Below are positions 11,903-25,648 of a stretch of DNA of 64,000 bases, one piece after another (position 1 is the first letter of the stretch; the number at the start of each line of letters is the position of its first letter). The notes below the pieces were generated by a model. The model was not told the DNA's origin, made no database searches, and saw only the letters and a program-made list of their open reading frames with translations. The stretch comes from Nemertoderma westbladi (lineage: Eukaryota > Animalia > Xenacoelomorpha), in the NCBI GenBank assembly GCA_032718475.1, contig JAUCBJ010000915.1:9860-73859 (forward strand). The letters are read 5' to 3'. The translations under genes and the position numbers were made by a program.

Positions 11903-13633
11903 ACACACACACATACACACACAGAGACTTTTGAAAAACGGCCATAGTATAATTACAGTATATCAGTTCGCTGATGGCTCGCCATTCGTGTCTCGCCCCA
12001 CACAAAATACGCATTCACGCAAACAAACAAGTAAAATTAGCCTCGAGATAGCGATAGTTTATGTGCTCGGGAAGAGAGCTTTCGATCATTTGCTCAGATT
12101 GGTGCTCGTGTGTCGGAGCGTATAGCTTGGACAGACTCATAGACTCACAGACAGACAATGCATATTTATATATAACACTAGAAACCTTCTAGTTCACAAG
12201 CTTCTATACAGTCAATCAATCAATGGACAATATCAAACATAAATAAATTAATTAATTAACTTAACAAAACTTTACATAAGTGAGCATTCTCTCAAACAAA
12301 CAGACTGATGCCGCTTTAGTTGCAGCTACATACAATAATAAACAACATAAGGCTTTATGTTGTAATAGATAAATAATAAAATGGGAAAAGGTTTAAACTG
12401 TGTGATATTTTCCCCTTAGTGGAAAACTGTATAACTGCAGAGTAGTAGTTAGCGTCCTCGCAAACATAACCTATAGTGCAGTAGGTCACTGCAGCAACTC
12501 TATCGTATTAAAATGGAAGGTTGTAATTTCAGACATTTCGCCCCCTAGTGACAGACTGCCTGCCAAGTGCCAAGTATCAGCAAAAAAGCATTCATAAACA
12601 ACAAAATTGTAGGTTTCCTCATTCAGACATTTCATCCCCTAATAGCGGCAGACTGGGGAACTGTAGATTGGTCATCGTCTCCCCAAGCCCAAATACACAC
12701 CCTTACGGTGTAGTATACTCTGCTTGGTATCAGCAAAAAAAACATTATAAACATATTGTGTAAAGGACCTAAGTATCAGCTAAAAATCATTATTAATAAC
12801 AAAATAGGATAAGATTTTCACTTTCAGACATTTCGCCTCCTAGTGGCAGACTGAAGAACCGCAAACTGGTCGGCGTCCTCCCAACACGCAGCTATGGTCT
12901 GGTAGAATTTATTCTGCAAAGTGTCAGCAGAGTGGTTACGATGATGCTGTTATAATTTCCTGCTTGCTGATCAGTAATTTCTCAGATAACAAAACAACTG
13001 CAGAATAATGCAATTTTACCTCAAGACGCATTCATGCAAGTATCAAGTAAATGTGTAAAATAATCAGCCTCGAGATAGCCTTTACAATTCATGTTCACGG
13101 GCTCAGGATGGTCTGCATCATATAGATGAACGCACATGATAGAGTCAAGATCCAACTTGTAGGATGACGGACTGACGACCTGCTAGGCCTACCTCGCTAG
13201 CACCCATCCGGTACATTGCAAAATTGAATAATTGAATCATTTTGTGTTTATGATTATAAACAATATGTGAACTGAAAAAAGCTAATCTAAGATTCACTGC
13301 TGGTTCTTACCAATGTAAGTCAAGAACCAATCACAGTAGATCCTCTCCGCTCTCCTGCTGGGTCCTATTTATTGAGATTACTACTTAACCAACCCAGCCT
13401 GCTGCAGGCCACCTATGATTGGTCTGCAAGTAGCTAGCTGCCTTGCTAACCGATGTATCATTCGCTCAGATTGGTGCTCTTTAGCTGAATATATTAATTT
13501 AGATTATGGCTTCCGACATTTATGGCTACCGACACACACACACGTCACACACACACACACAGACTTTTGAAAAACGGCCATAGTATAATTATATCAGTTC
13601 GCTGATGGCTCGCCATACGTGTCTCGCCCCACA
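11903..13633 (+). repeat. Dispersed non-autonomous repeat(s): two copies of an (AC)n + ~90-bp hairpin-bearing module flanking three ttcagacatttc.ccccta.t repeats
   Basis: acacacagagacttttgaaaaacggccatagtataatt..atcagttcgctgatggctcgcca..gtctcgccccaca at 11903-12003 and 13545-13633; internal repeats at about 12528, 12622 and 12823. Confidence 0.65.
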
Positions 13634-14379
13634 TGAAAGTAATTAGTTAACAGGAAAGCCTCTGTTGTACAACAGTTTAGTGGCGATGTTTTGTTCAAGG
13701 GGAAACAACATTGTAAATATGGTTTAGTGCTTTTGGCATGAGCACAACAAAGCAAGTATCTGAGTTAAAAGCTTTCTGTTAAAAACGGGTAAATTATAAT
13801 GTTGAATCAATTAAGTCAGAGTGTGAATCATTTGAAATATTTTGTTTCTTTCTCAACTTACTGTATCAGCGCTCAAGACATGGCCGGTTGGATACATTAG
13901 ACGCAAATCCCATCTCGGCGAATTAATTTCTCGCCGCAATGTTAAAAATTATCAATTTATGGAAAGGAGCGGGTTACTACTACTACTATAATCGGCCTGC
14001 TGCACTTAAACTGCACATTGAGATGCTATGCCGGCTTAACAAACAAATGTTGTCACCACCATGCAATCCACAATAGGCAAGCCAAATGCAGCGTGCATCA
14101 ATCAATCCACAACTCCCTATACCTCATTGAATACTTTCGCGAGATTCCCGCATCTTCAATGCCAGTGTCCTTTAGGAAGCGTCTCAATGAAATGTGGAGG
14201 AGGTATCGCACTGCATATCGCATAACCTTTCTTGTACCTACTGTATGTATTCTTGACAAGATACTTGACGCCATCAACAGACCATTAGCTATGCAAAAGT
14301 ACGAATTTTCCACGTTTAGTAATTATTAAAGCTGAATGTTAACTGGTGGCAGATGGAAATCAATTAATACAATGGATGA

Positions 14380-14790
14380 AGTGAATTGAGAAGATTATTT
14401 AGAGCAGCAGTAGTTCCATTTGTACTCCTCTAATGGGAGTCCATGCTGGGCTCTAAATGCTGAGGACACCAAATGTCTGGATGGCACATTCACAATAATG
14501 CTACGTCGGGTTCACTATGTCATATAAAATGCACACATCTCAAATCAGACACTACAGATATCCCATTGTTCCCCCCAAGCTTGACACTAGAACAAAGCCG
14601 CCTCCGCTTTGCAGGACATTGTTTTCGCCGCGGGCAGCAGCCTGTGCACAATCTTGTACTTGGAGTGAATAAACATGGTGGACAGCCCATGACTTTCTTG
14701 AGACGCATCTTAAAGGACACTGGACTTGAAGATGTGAATAATGTCGCGAAAGTCATGGGGGATAGAGAGTTGTGGCGTTGCTATTTTGTC
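14380..14790 (+). pseudogene. Decayed RTE-clade LINE ORF2 C-terminal fragment
   Basis: LEQSRLRFAGHCFRR..PVHNLVL and MGDRELWR match the RLRF/WAGH and DR..WR motifs at the end of RTE ORFs; upstream frame broken. Confidence 0.65.
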
Positions 14791-15109
14791 GTTAAACATT
14801 ATTCAACAGCACTGCATGCCAATTATGGATTGCATGGTGGTGGCAAATTATTTTTGTTAAGAGCTTAGCAACTCAATGTACAGCTTGAATCCTAAGCGAA
14901 ACCGGAAACCGGCTTAGCTTTGTGTCTGAGGCCAAGGAGAGTGGCTCAAAGAGAGGCACAGGTCAACCTAGAAATGGACTGAATTGAATCCTGAATTGAA
15001 TTGGCCTTGAATTGACATTAACAACTTTAATCCCGGAAGATTTTTCGAAAGGTGGAAGTCCGGCACAAGTCTACATTACTGCCTTTATGCAATATGGACA
15101 AATACACTA

Positions 15110-15550
15110 AAACTGATACTTTAATTATCTCAAGGAATCAAGAATAGACACATCACAGAAATGATCGATGTAGTGGGTGTAGACACCTTTAAAATAAGAG
15201 TAGAGTCATTAGTTCTTGAGTTATTTTACAAAATGTCAAAAGTATGTCCACAAATTGATACTTGATATTGAGTTGACCCATATTACACACATTTTGTACA
15301 AAAACTATAGTGAACTAATCATCTTTAATTTTGAAGGTCTCTGTATACACTAAATCAATTAGTTGCCGTGATGTATATATTTTTGATGCCTTAAGATAAA
15401 TAGAAGTAAATTTTTTAGTGTATTTACTGTCTATAAATCATCAAGGCACTCATGTTGACTTGTGCCACACTTAACATTTTCTGCAATATCTCAAGAACTG
15501 TTTGCGCTGCGCTTGTTTTGGTGGTGTCTACCCCCACTAAATCGGTCATT
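15110..15550. repeat. Diverged inverted repeats, MITE-like
   Basis: 15161-15243 (atgatcgatgtagtgggtgtagacacc..agttcttgag) resembles the reverse complement of 15470-15549. Confidence 0.5.
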
Positions 15551-15838
15551 GCGGTTCGAATGAGCATAATATTAATGCATTCGGTAATATTAATGTAGTA
15601 ACTTAAAGTTGTCCATCGCGAAAATTGAGAATAAGAGTCACTTGCACCAAAGAGTAGGTTCTGCCCAATATATACAAGTACTGCTTTCAAATAACGTCGT
15701 ATGGATCCTAATAGGATCCAAGTCACTGACTCACTACTATTGGTGTTAGGATTTAATTGGAAATGAAATTTAGCTGTAAGCGGATTCAATTACACTTCAT
15801 TACCCACCAGAAAATGGGATAGTGGCATTTTAGCAATA

Positions 15839-16366
15839 TGTCGGAGATACGAGATTACCAACATTAATCTCGTATCATAACCAACATTGGGGGGGGGGGG
15901 GGGGGGCAACGCAAGCCCCGAAGCCACATAGAAAGGAAGGTTAGAGGTCAAACCACCTCGGAGGGAACACAGCTAGTAGAGGCTAGCAGCAGAGGGGAAA
16001 CACTCACAGAGAGTGCCAGGGTGACAAGTAGCATATTAGCCAATAGAGGGGATGGAAGCACGTGATAGGGAACAGGAAAGCATCCATTGGGTAGGAGGCC
16101 AAGGTAGAGTAGGAGGTGAAGCAATATTTAGTGTATCAATCATATATTATGTCAGATTCTTGGATTGGTACATCAGTTGGTTATTCAGTTTAGTGCAGAC
16201 CGGTAACAATTATTGACCGTCATTGGCACTATCATACCGGTATCTATTATATCTGTATTTCTGCCGTATTAATTGTGCTATCATTTTCTAACATCAAGAG
16301 ACAACACGAAACTCTTATTGTTTTCTCCAACGGCCTCGGCCAAGCTGTTAGCACCATCCCAAAGCA
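15839..16366 (+). repeat. Putative 5' LTR of copy 2
   Basis: Starts TGTCGG at a compositional switch and ends CA just before a TGG PBS-like sequence. No partner LTR in the window. Confidence 0.5.
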
Positions 16367-16369
16367 GAA

Positions 16370-16382
16370 TGGTGACGCGTAC
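16370..16382 (+). promoter_or_regulatory. Putative primer binding site TGGTGACGCGTAC
   Basis: TGG 3 nt after the putative LTR end and about 100 bp before gag; cognate tRNA not established. Confidence 0.4.
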
Positions 16383-16467
16383 TACAATTACCCGGTCGGG
16401 ATCTCCGATCCCGTCACAGTCAATAATTTGCCAACTGTGACTGCCAGAGACAGTAAAAGAATAAAGA

Positions 16468-19400
16468 TGAGCGACAGAGAGCCCCGATTATCTGAGGGAG
16501 AGAGGACGCCTCCGCGGACCCCGGACGATACCAACCAAACGATCCGTGAGGCTGTGACGAGACGGTATCGGCCTGCCACGCCGGATTCGCCACGTGGACG
16601 ATCCGGCTGCCCAAGCGGAGGGCGGCCGTCAACCACGAGGGAGAGACGAGTCGACGCACGATGGCGGTCGGAGTACCGAAGTCGCCGGCCAGCCACAGGC
16701 TGAGGGCGATGGACGGCCCACCGGAACGGCGACGGTGGGGCCGCCGGTACGACTCCGAACCAGGAGAGGAGGAGTCGGTGAAGAGGACGTCGGGATGAGT
16801 GATCGGCTACGACGGGCCTACAACGCCACCAAGAAGTTACTGAAGGAGGCCAGAGAGGGAGGAAAGGTAGACCAGCCTAAGTTACGACAAAGGCTACGTG
16901 AGTCGAACAAACATTTCCGGTATTTAGTCCATTATGGAGCCTGAAGTAGTGTACGTAGGGCCTTACTTAGTGGATGCTAGGGGAATTGAGTCAGTGGGTT
17001 GGGCGGATCCGCACGAGGGCGAACCTGAGGTTAACCCCGAGGATTCGGTCTCGTCAGTTAGCGAGAACCCAAGAAAGCGGGGGAAAGTTAGTAGGACAGA
17101 AAGGCGACGGGAGTCCGTCACGACCGATAAGTCCGCTACATCCTCCGCAAAAGCAAGAAGGGTGTTGGAGATAGATCTGGCGTGTCAACTAGACATGGTG
17201 GCGCTAGACCAGAAAGAGTTTGAGAGGCAGCTGGAGGAGGGAACTGCGTTATTAGAGAAAGAGAGAGAGTTAGCGAGGGAATGTAGAGAGAAAGCCGAGA
17301 GGGTGGCGAGAAACTATAGAGAGCGGGAAGAGAGAGAGAGATAAACGAGCGCGAGGAGCGGGAGGCGAGAATAGAGAAAGAGCGCAAAGAGCGAGAAGCG
17401 GAAGAGGCAGCGAGGATAGGGAGGGAAATGAACGAATGTAAAGTGCGAGAAGCGAGAGAGGTAGAGAGGGCAGAGAGAGAAACGAACGAGCGTAGAGAGC
17501 GGGAGGCGAGAGAGATAGAAATGGCGAACCAAAGTTTGCGAGAGGATAGAGAGAGAGAGAGAGCGGGAAAGCGTATGCGGGATGATATGCATACCCGGTT
17601 GAGGGGACTTATGCAATATCAGGCTAAGCAAAGGCGCCGATTAGAACTGGCGCAGTTGGGATTATCTGAGAGTGAGGCTGGCTCGGGTAGTATTTACAAG
17701 GAGCCAGAAGTAATGGAAACGTTTGTTAATACCCCACTTACAGGGACAAAATAATTTAAATAATTTTGATCATAATATTGTTGGTAATGGTGCTATTGAT
17801 ACGAACGCAGGAAACATAGGTGGTCTGACCAGCGAGAGCCTGCAAGGCCATGTAGTTAGTACGCAGGAAGTAGCGGGGGTGAGTCACCCCGACGGGAGCC
17901 TGCAAGGCCACGTAGTTAGATAGGGAGCAATGGGGGTGAGTCAACCCGACGGGAGCCTGCAAGGTCACGCAGTGGTAGAGGGAGAGGTGGGGGCGAATAG
18001 ACCCACCCACAGTAGAGACAACGCGTCGACTAGAGAGGGGCGTAGAAGCGAACTACGAGGTAGTGAAGTAATAGGTGGCGAGTGGGGGGGGGGGGGGGGG
18101 CTACGGGCGCCCCACGACGAGAGATTAGTTCCGAGAGGGGGGGGGGGGTAGAGAATGCCGCACAAGCGTTGGCGGATAATGCACGGGGCGAGTTAGGTGA
18201 ACCGCGGCACCCGACGACGGAGAATAGTAGGGGGATTATGAATATCCCCAGCAGCGTCCAACCGGCTAGAGAGAGAGAGGTTGGCACCATGAGCGGGCGA
18301 GCGACAAGACGTCGAGCCCAGTCGGAAGACATAAGAAGAACAGTGGAGTTTAACCGGGAGGTCGAAGAGAGATCTCGTGAGCTGGAATGCTACACTGAAG
18401 AGAGAAGGAGTGAAGAGAATAGGAGAAGCGTTGCTACGAGCAACCGGAGAGCGAGGACGGACAGCGAACCGTCGGTAGTAGAGATGGAGTTAGAGAGTCA
18501 GTGGTATCAAACTCCGGGAGATTGCCGTCGCCCCGGAGAGACGCAAGCCTGGCGAGATATACCAAATGCCGGGAGAAGGGTACAGGATGTACCAGTACGA
18601 GGACGAGAACAGGAGAGGGGATCGAAGAGAAACTTACCGACGGGATGTAGCTGCCGATCGAGAGTACGGTAGTCGCAGGGAGGACTTCTTGGAATATTCG
18701 AGAAGATTAAACTTTGGTCCGGAAGGACACAGGCAGACTGCAGGACATACTGTAGGCCTTACTGCACATACTATAGGCCATGCTGGGAAGAGATAGTGTA
18801 GGCGATAGGGCAGCGCGGACACGGGATTACACCGGAATCGCGGTAGATACCGGTAGTAGGCAGAGTGGATAGGCCTATACCGGTACCTGCACACCAGTAT
18901 GACTATAATATGCAGGGATATAACATATACCCAGGGGAGGGGGGGGGTTATTGCCGATAGGTGTATGGGCCCCAATATATTAACATCAACCCCAGTACCA
19001 AACATAACACCGGTGGGGGGGGGGGGGGGGGGGGGGCAGGGTGACATTCCCCCATTACAATATCAGCAACACACTCAACCGAGAACAAGAACTTCAAACC
19101 CCCTGGACCAGAAAGATGTGCGAACGGAGATATGGAGGGGGCCGTTACCCCCAATGATATATCCGACACAGAAAAAATCAACAGGCCCGACGGGCAGACC
19201 GCACCCAACAGGAGAGTCTGTACAGCATCCCTCGAACCCATTGGAAGCACAGGCGATGGGAATGGCAACACTTATCGATGCGCTCAAGACCAGGATCGAG
19301 CTACCACCAGTTGAGCCATTTAAATTCGACGGAAGCAGACCGGAAGAATACCTGCAATTCCGACGCATGTACAGCAACGAAATATTAACTAAGAATCTGA

Positions 19401-22400
19401 CGCAGGCGGAGTGCCTAAAATATTTACAGGTATACACAGGAGGCCCAGCGTACGACATCGTGAGGCAGTATCAAGGTATCGAGGGTGGCTTCACGACTGC
19501 ATGGCGGGCCCTAGACAGGGAATACGGACACCCTGCCAAGATCATCCGGCAGACCTTGAGGGGAATAACATTGGGTGGCCTACAGGATAACCCTGTTAGT
19601 ATAAAGACTTTCGCGAACAAGGTCGAGAAGGCGCTCATCGTGCTAAAGACGCTGGATGCGCCATACGAACTCAACGCATCGAATAACATCACCACGATAG
19701 CGCAGGCACTGCCGATCTAGCTGCGGAACAAATGGAGGAAGATCGCCTTCTCCACCCGGGAGAAGAAAGGTGCGGAACCGGGCCTAGAGGAAATGTCGAA
19801 CTTCCTCATTCACGAAGCAGAATTAATCACGGACCCAGTCTACAGCGAGGATAGTCTGGGGAAGGCGCCGAGGGCCGAATACAACAGGCCGAAACCAGAG
19901 CATAATGCGGCGAATGCATTACCAAAGCTTAGACAATCACTGCCATACGCTGCGACGCAGGGGACTGCTAGTCCACATATAGCCGGGGGTAGGGCCACAC
20001 CATGGCATGGACAGGGGCAAAATAACAACACAAATAAATACAACCCCAACACGCCCAGTAGGCCAAACCCAAACAATAAGAACAGTAGGGAACTAGGCAT
20101 GAACGTAAGTGCGATACGCAGCGCACTGTATAGGGACGGCTATAATCCGAGACACAAATGCCAATTACATTCGAACGCACTTCATCAGACCATGAACTGC
20201 AGGTACTGGCAAGCGTTACCCAAACAAGATCAGATAGAATACGCGAGGAAGAGTGGAATCTGTCATCGATGTGTGGTGGGCGGACACAAGGCTGAGCAAT
20301 GCAAAGAAACACCAATTAAGTTCGGTCAAGGCAAAGGGCAGACGATGGCGACAAGCACCGTAGGTGCGAAGAAAAGGGGAACGGTACTACTCGGGGTAGT
20401 ACCAGTGAGGGTAATAGGAGAAGGCGGTCGATCAGTTACCACGTTGATGCTGGTCGACAGCGGAGCAGCCTTCACATTGGTGGAGAATTGGGTGGCCGAG
20501 GAGATAGGGTTACAGACGAGGCCAAGCAGGATGGCGGTGACTACTATCTCCAGCAAGGATGAGGTCCTGGAGATGAGGACGGGAAGGTGCGAGATATTCA
20601 GCAATAGCACCGGGATGTGACTATGGGGCGACCATCGACCCCATCCAGGTAATAGAATCGATCAACATAAACGCCAGGCGACCAACTAACATCGAGGTCA
20701 AGCAATATAGATTCCTGGACGAAATCGATTTCTCGATACCGGAGGTGGACATCCGGAAGGTATCCATCATAGTGGGAATGGACTGCCCGACGGCCCACGA
20801 GAGAGTACAGACGATCTTTGGGGAGGACAAACAGCGTGATCCGATGGCAGTTTTCACACCATTCGGATGGACACTAAGCGGCCCAATCAAAACCAAAATT
20901 CCGTTTAGGATGTCGGAGACATCGGGGTGCATGTTCGCAGGAACCATGAGGGAGATGGAAGATGAAGGAGCAGAAGAGCAGCTTAGGAGACTGTTAAGAC
21001 AGGACCTCGAGGGATTAAAGGAGGCCGGGGTCGGAACCTCGGTAGAGGATAAACAGGCAATAGAGAGTGTGAAGGAGTCAATGAGGTGCGACGAGGGACG
21101 GTACACCATAGGCATGGTGTGGAAACAACCGAAATTACCGTTGCCTGACAATAAGGGGATGGTACTCATGAGGCTTCGCAAACTGAAGCAAACGCTCAAA
21201 CGGAGCCCCGAGAAGGATGAGTACATCCATAGGACAATAAAGAAGTATGTCGAGAAGGGATGGGCCGTGGAGTTGCCGGTCGACGAACTGAACAGGGACA
21301 GGACCTACTACCTGCCACTTCATGTGGCTTTAGACCCAAAGAAGGGTAAACTGCGGATGGTGGTTGACGCATCGGCTAAAACCAATGGCAAGAGCCTAAA
21401 TCGACTATCTGCTGGAGGGCCCCAATATCTACAACTCGGGGATAGAGGTCTTGTTGAGATTTAGAAATGGGAGGCACGCCTTCACGTGCGACATCGAAGG
21501 CATGTTCAACCGAGTCCGTGTGACGGAGGAGGACAGCGACAGCCAGCGCTTCCTATGGTACAACGGCGACGAGGAACCGTCGGCGATACCGATGTATAAA
21601 ATGGTGGTGCAGAACATGGGGGCCAAGTCTGTCCTCATTTACGACGACTATGGCTGTAAGAGATACGGTAGAGGGGAAAGAGGGGAAGTATAGTGCCGGA
21701 GCGATCGACATGATTCGACGCGGATTCTATGTAGACGACGGGATGAAATCTGGGAATACGGTTGAGAAATACTGGAGACAGGGCGCGAGGTTCGCGACAT
21801 CCTGAAGAGGATCCGGATTCAACCTGACTAAGTTCCAATCCAGCTCAGAGGAGTTCATGAGAGCCATAGAAGACAGGCGGCCAGAGTCGACCATGGACAA
21901 CCCCACAACAGCCAAGGGACAGGACATGGCGAACAAGAGAGTGGAGTCTCAGCAGAAGGCGCTGGGGATCATGTGGAACTGGGAGACGGACGAGTTCAAG
22001 TATCAACTGAGCCAGGAGGGCGCGGAGATCCACACAAAGAGAGGCTATGTATCGTACATAGCAAGGATATACGATCCCTTAGGCCTAGCATCCCCATTGT
22101 TAGTCACGGGGAAGCAGATACTAAAGAAAGTATATAAGCTGAAGGACGAGTGGGATACGGAGGTCCCGGAAGAAATAAGCAAACAATGGAGTAAGTGGAC
22201 GGGGAGTTTAGAACAGATGGGGACATACAGCATGCCACGTGTGTATTTCCCAGACGGGGACATGACGGATCTGGACCTACACATGTTCTCCGATGCATCA
22301 TTGGAAGCATACGGAGCGGCACTCTACCTGGTACAGCGAAAGGGGGCTCATAAGCCCAGACTTGCATTCAGTAAAGCAAAGTCGACGCCACCAGATTCAG

Positions 22401-24288
22401 CGTCAGTCCCGAAACTCGAGTTGACAGCAGCGAGGTTAGGAGTAAGGGCCACAGCCTACTTAATGGACGCTATACGCAACATAGTGGAGACACACTACTG
22501 GACGGACTCCATGGTAGTGCTGGGGTGGCTGCATAACGAGAAGACGAGATACCCTATATTGCGGTGGACGAAATAAGGGCGACGACGATTAGAAAGTGGC
22601 ATTACTGCCCTACCGACGACAACCGCAGATTTGTTATCAAGGGGCGTGGCACGCCACACTTTCTCAAAGAAGGAAGTGTTGTGGCAACACGGGCCACACT
22701 TCCTGAATGATAGATTAGCCTGGCCACCAATGAGGAAGGTGGACCCGGGCTCAGAGGAAGTAGCACCAGAAGGAGAGGGAGAAGATTCAGAAGGAGAAGA
22801 GATATATAGTCAGATGGTGAGGGAGGTCAAGGAGGTGCCACCGAAATCAGAAGAGCCATGCGACAACCCGACGGATAGGTTACTCAGCTACAGCTCCAGC
22901 TGGTATAAGACCAAGAAGTTGGTAGCGTACTGGAGGGCCTACGGGGATTTCCTTAAGGGAGTTGGCAAGGATGCCAAGGGGAAACCAAATATCGATCTGG
23001 AGGGAGCGGCCAAAGCCGTAATACGGTACGAGCAGAGAAAGAACTACGCGGACGAAGTGGATAGAGTTAGCAAGCAACAACATCTTCGTCGAGACAGCGA
23101 GCTCAACATGCTGTCCCCACAGCTAAGCGATGACGGGATTCTGGTGATGAACTCCAGAGTGCTGAACAACAACAGCCTAATCATCCCACCAAAACCCATA
23201 ATCATTCCCAACAAATCGCCGATAGTCCACCAGATCATTTGGGACTCCCATAAGTCGATATTACATGGTGGCACCAATCAGACTCTCACAGAAATACGGA
23301 GGACATTTTGGATCACACAGTTAAGGAAGAAGGTGAAGGCGGTAGTGAGGCAGTGCCAGACCTGCCGACGGACGAGAAAGGAGAGGGCCGTGCAGGAGAT
23401 GGCGCCATTACCGGCCAATAGAGTGAGACAACACGACCCGCCATTCACGCACTGCGGCATAGACATGTTCGGGCCGATTAAGATTAAGGTGATGCGACAC
23501 ACGGAGAAACGCTACGGCATCATCTTCGTATGTAACAACACGAGGGCGATAGGAATAGAACTTGCCCAGGACGCTACGGCATCGGCATTCATTAATGCCT
23601 TAGAGAGATTTAGAGACCGCAAAGGAGGAACAATAGCGGTGATTTATTCCGACAATGGGACCAACTTCGTGGGAGCGGAGAACGAGTTGGCAGAGGCCTT
23701 TGACATCCTAGAGGGAGACGATGTCAGGGCGGCTATGAGGAGGTGGCAAGTGAAATGGGAAAGGAGGACGCCGTATGCGCCACATACCCTAGGATGTGTA
23801 GAGAGACTTGTGGGTAGTTCTAAGCATCTCATGACGAAGTTGATGAACACCCACATGGTCACAGAGGACATACTAAGAACGGTGCTAGCTAAGTGCGAGG
23901 GAATCATCAATAGCAGACCGCTATATCCGGAGAATGACGACCCAGAATCACTGACGTGCTAACACCGGGACACTTTCTGATGGAGAGGCCGGCGACCATC
24001 GACATGCGGAGTGTAGACCCAGATGACATACACTCCCGACAGAGTTGGAAAGTCGCCAAGGCGATAAGCGCCGAGTATTGGAGGAGGTGGGTCGAGGAAT
24101 ACCTACCCACATTACACAGGAGGAGTAAGTGGAGAAACACCACTAGGGAGTTGAAGAAAGGTGACTTGGTGATCGTCACTGACGACACAATCATCAATAA
24201 CCAGTGGAGGCTAGCGAGAGTGGTAGACACTTACCCCGACGAGGACGGAAGAGTCCGATCGGTGGAAGTGCTGATAGGGGTAAGATAG
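16468..24288 (+). pseudogene. Bel/Pao Gag-Pol polyprotein with frameshifts and stops
   Basis: Gag PFKFDGSRPEEYLQF; knuckle CHRCVVGGHKAEQC; protease LVDSGAAFT; RT LRMVVDAS / CDIEGMF / FYVDD (tatgtagacgac ~21728); RNase H HMFSDASLEAYG; integrase HKSILH..CQTC, GIDMFGP, YSDNGTNF, VERLV; C-terminal YWRRWVEEYLPTL..WRLARV. In-frame stops at 19718 and 20618. Confidence 0.92.
22631..23962 (+). CDS. Integrase segment of copy 2 (HHCC + DDE core), frameshifted to 23956-24288
   Basis: HHCC zinc finger, GIDMFGP, SDNGTNF, GCVERLV. Confidence 0.8.
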   Translation: MLSRGVARHTFSKKEVLWQHGPHFLNDRLAWPPMRKVDPGSEEVAPEGEGEDSEGEEIYSQMVREVKEVPPKSEEPCDNPTDRLLSYSSSWYKTKKLVAYWRAYGDFLKGVGKDAKGKPNIDLEGAAKAVIRYEQRKNYADEVDRVSKQQHLRRDSELNMLSPQLSDDGILVMNSRVLNNNSLIIPPKPIIIPNKSPIVHQIIWDSHKSILHGGTNQTLTEIRRTFWITQLRKKVKAVVRQCQTCRRTRKERAVQEMAPLPANRVRQHDPPFTHCGIDMFGPIKIKVMRHTEKRYGIIFVCNNTRAIGIELAQDATASAFINALERFRDRKGGTIAVIYSDNGTNFVGAENELAEAFDILEGDDVRAAMRRWQVKWERRTPYAPHTLGCVERLVGSSKHLMTKLMNTHMVTEDILRTVLAKCEGIINSRPLYPENDDPESLTC

Positions 24289-24524
24289 GAGCAAAGGACA
24301 GAAAGACCTACAGGAGGGCTGTAGGAAAGTGCTGCCTTCTAGAAGGGGCACCATAGAGTTTAGTCGTCCAAGTGTTGGACTGAGGGGGGTGGGATTGAGG
24401 GCGAGACGCCCTTCCCGCATAAATATAAAAAATAAATAATAAATAAAATAAAATTAAAAGAAGTGAAATAAATAAAAGGTTAGAAAGAGAAAGTAATGTA
24501 GATAGTACGTAGTAGTAAGTAAGT

Positions 24525-25030
24525 AGGTAGTTAGAGGTATAGGGAGTGTGGTATATAGGCATACCACGGGAGTAAGAGGATACATAGTACCGTTAGAAGG
24601 TAGTTAGAGGTATAGGGAGTGTGGTATATAGGCATACCACAGGAGTAAGAGGGTACATAGTACCGTTGGTAGTTAGAGGTATAGGGAGTGTGGTATATAG
24701 GCATACCACAGGACTAAGAGGGTACATAGTACCGTTAGTAGGTAGTTAGAGGTATAGAGAGTGTGGTATATAGGCATACCACAGGAGTAAGAGGGTACAT
24801 AGTACCGTTAGTAGGTAGTTAGAAGTATAGGGAGTGTGGTATACAAACATACCACGGGAGTAAGAGGGTACATAGTACCGTTAGTAGGTAGTTAGAGGTA
24901 TAGGGAGTGTGGTATACAAACATACCACGGGAGTAAGAGGGTACATAGTACCGTTAGAGTTAGAAGTATAGGGAGTGTGGTATATAAACATACCATGGGA
25001 GTAAGATGGTACATAGTACCATTAGAGTTG
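24525..25030 (+). repeat. ~7 x 73-bp tandem repeat, two hairpins per unit
   Basis: ttagaggtat recurs at 24531, 24604, 24673, 24746, 24819, 24892 and 24960; units contain GTGGTAT-N6-ATACCAC and GGTAC-ATA-GTACC. Confidence 0.95.
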
Positions 25031-25098
25031 GTAAAGTTAGTAGAGTTAGTAGAGTTAGTAGAGTTAGTAGAGTCAGTAGAGTTAGTAGAGTTAGTAGT
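25023..25098 (+). repeat. 9-bp minisatellite (TAGAGTTAG)n
   Basis: About 8 copies directly visible. Confidence 0.9.
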
Positions 25099-25648
25099 AA
25101 GAGAGTAAAGAGTATGATATATAAATATATCATAGGAGTAGTAGTGATAGGGTACGTAGTACCGTAGAGGTTGTGGGCATAGAAAGCGCCACAAAAGTGA
25201 CAGGGGGGCACGTGGGTACACCAGGATAAACCGTGTAGGCCGCACAAGATAGACTATTGTACTGCACAGCCCATAGAGTAAGTTAGAATGTTTGATACAG
25301 GGCCAGGAGGCTACCTGGTGCAGACTAGCACAGTAGAGTATAGCTAGTCTACTCTGTATGCAAACTATAGGGGTTATCTAGGTAGAAATAACCCACTATG
25401 AGCGATAATAGCACATTAATAAAAATAAAAATAGTATTAAAATAAAATTCTAACAAATTATGGTAACAGTAGGCGGAAAATTCTAGAACATAATAAAAGT
25501 AACTGACAAATTTGGGGAATTTAGGAAAATTAGCACTTTGGGGGGCACATAGGTCAAAATATAGTACAAATTTAGTGTTCTGAGAGAGATGGGCCATTAC
25601 TGAACTAATACAGATCATTATAATAAACGTCACTCATCTACTTGAGCC

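Noticed and set aside
18084-19036. Programmed frameshifts or G-quadruplexes at long G runs in copy 2 gag
   Set aside because: Homopolymer lengths are unreliable and the copy also has point stops; decay or sequencing error is simpler.
24525-25030. CRISPR-like array
   Set aside because: No unique spacers, whole units repeat, no cas genes, eukaryotic retroelement context.
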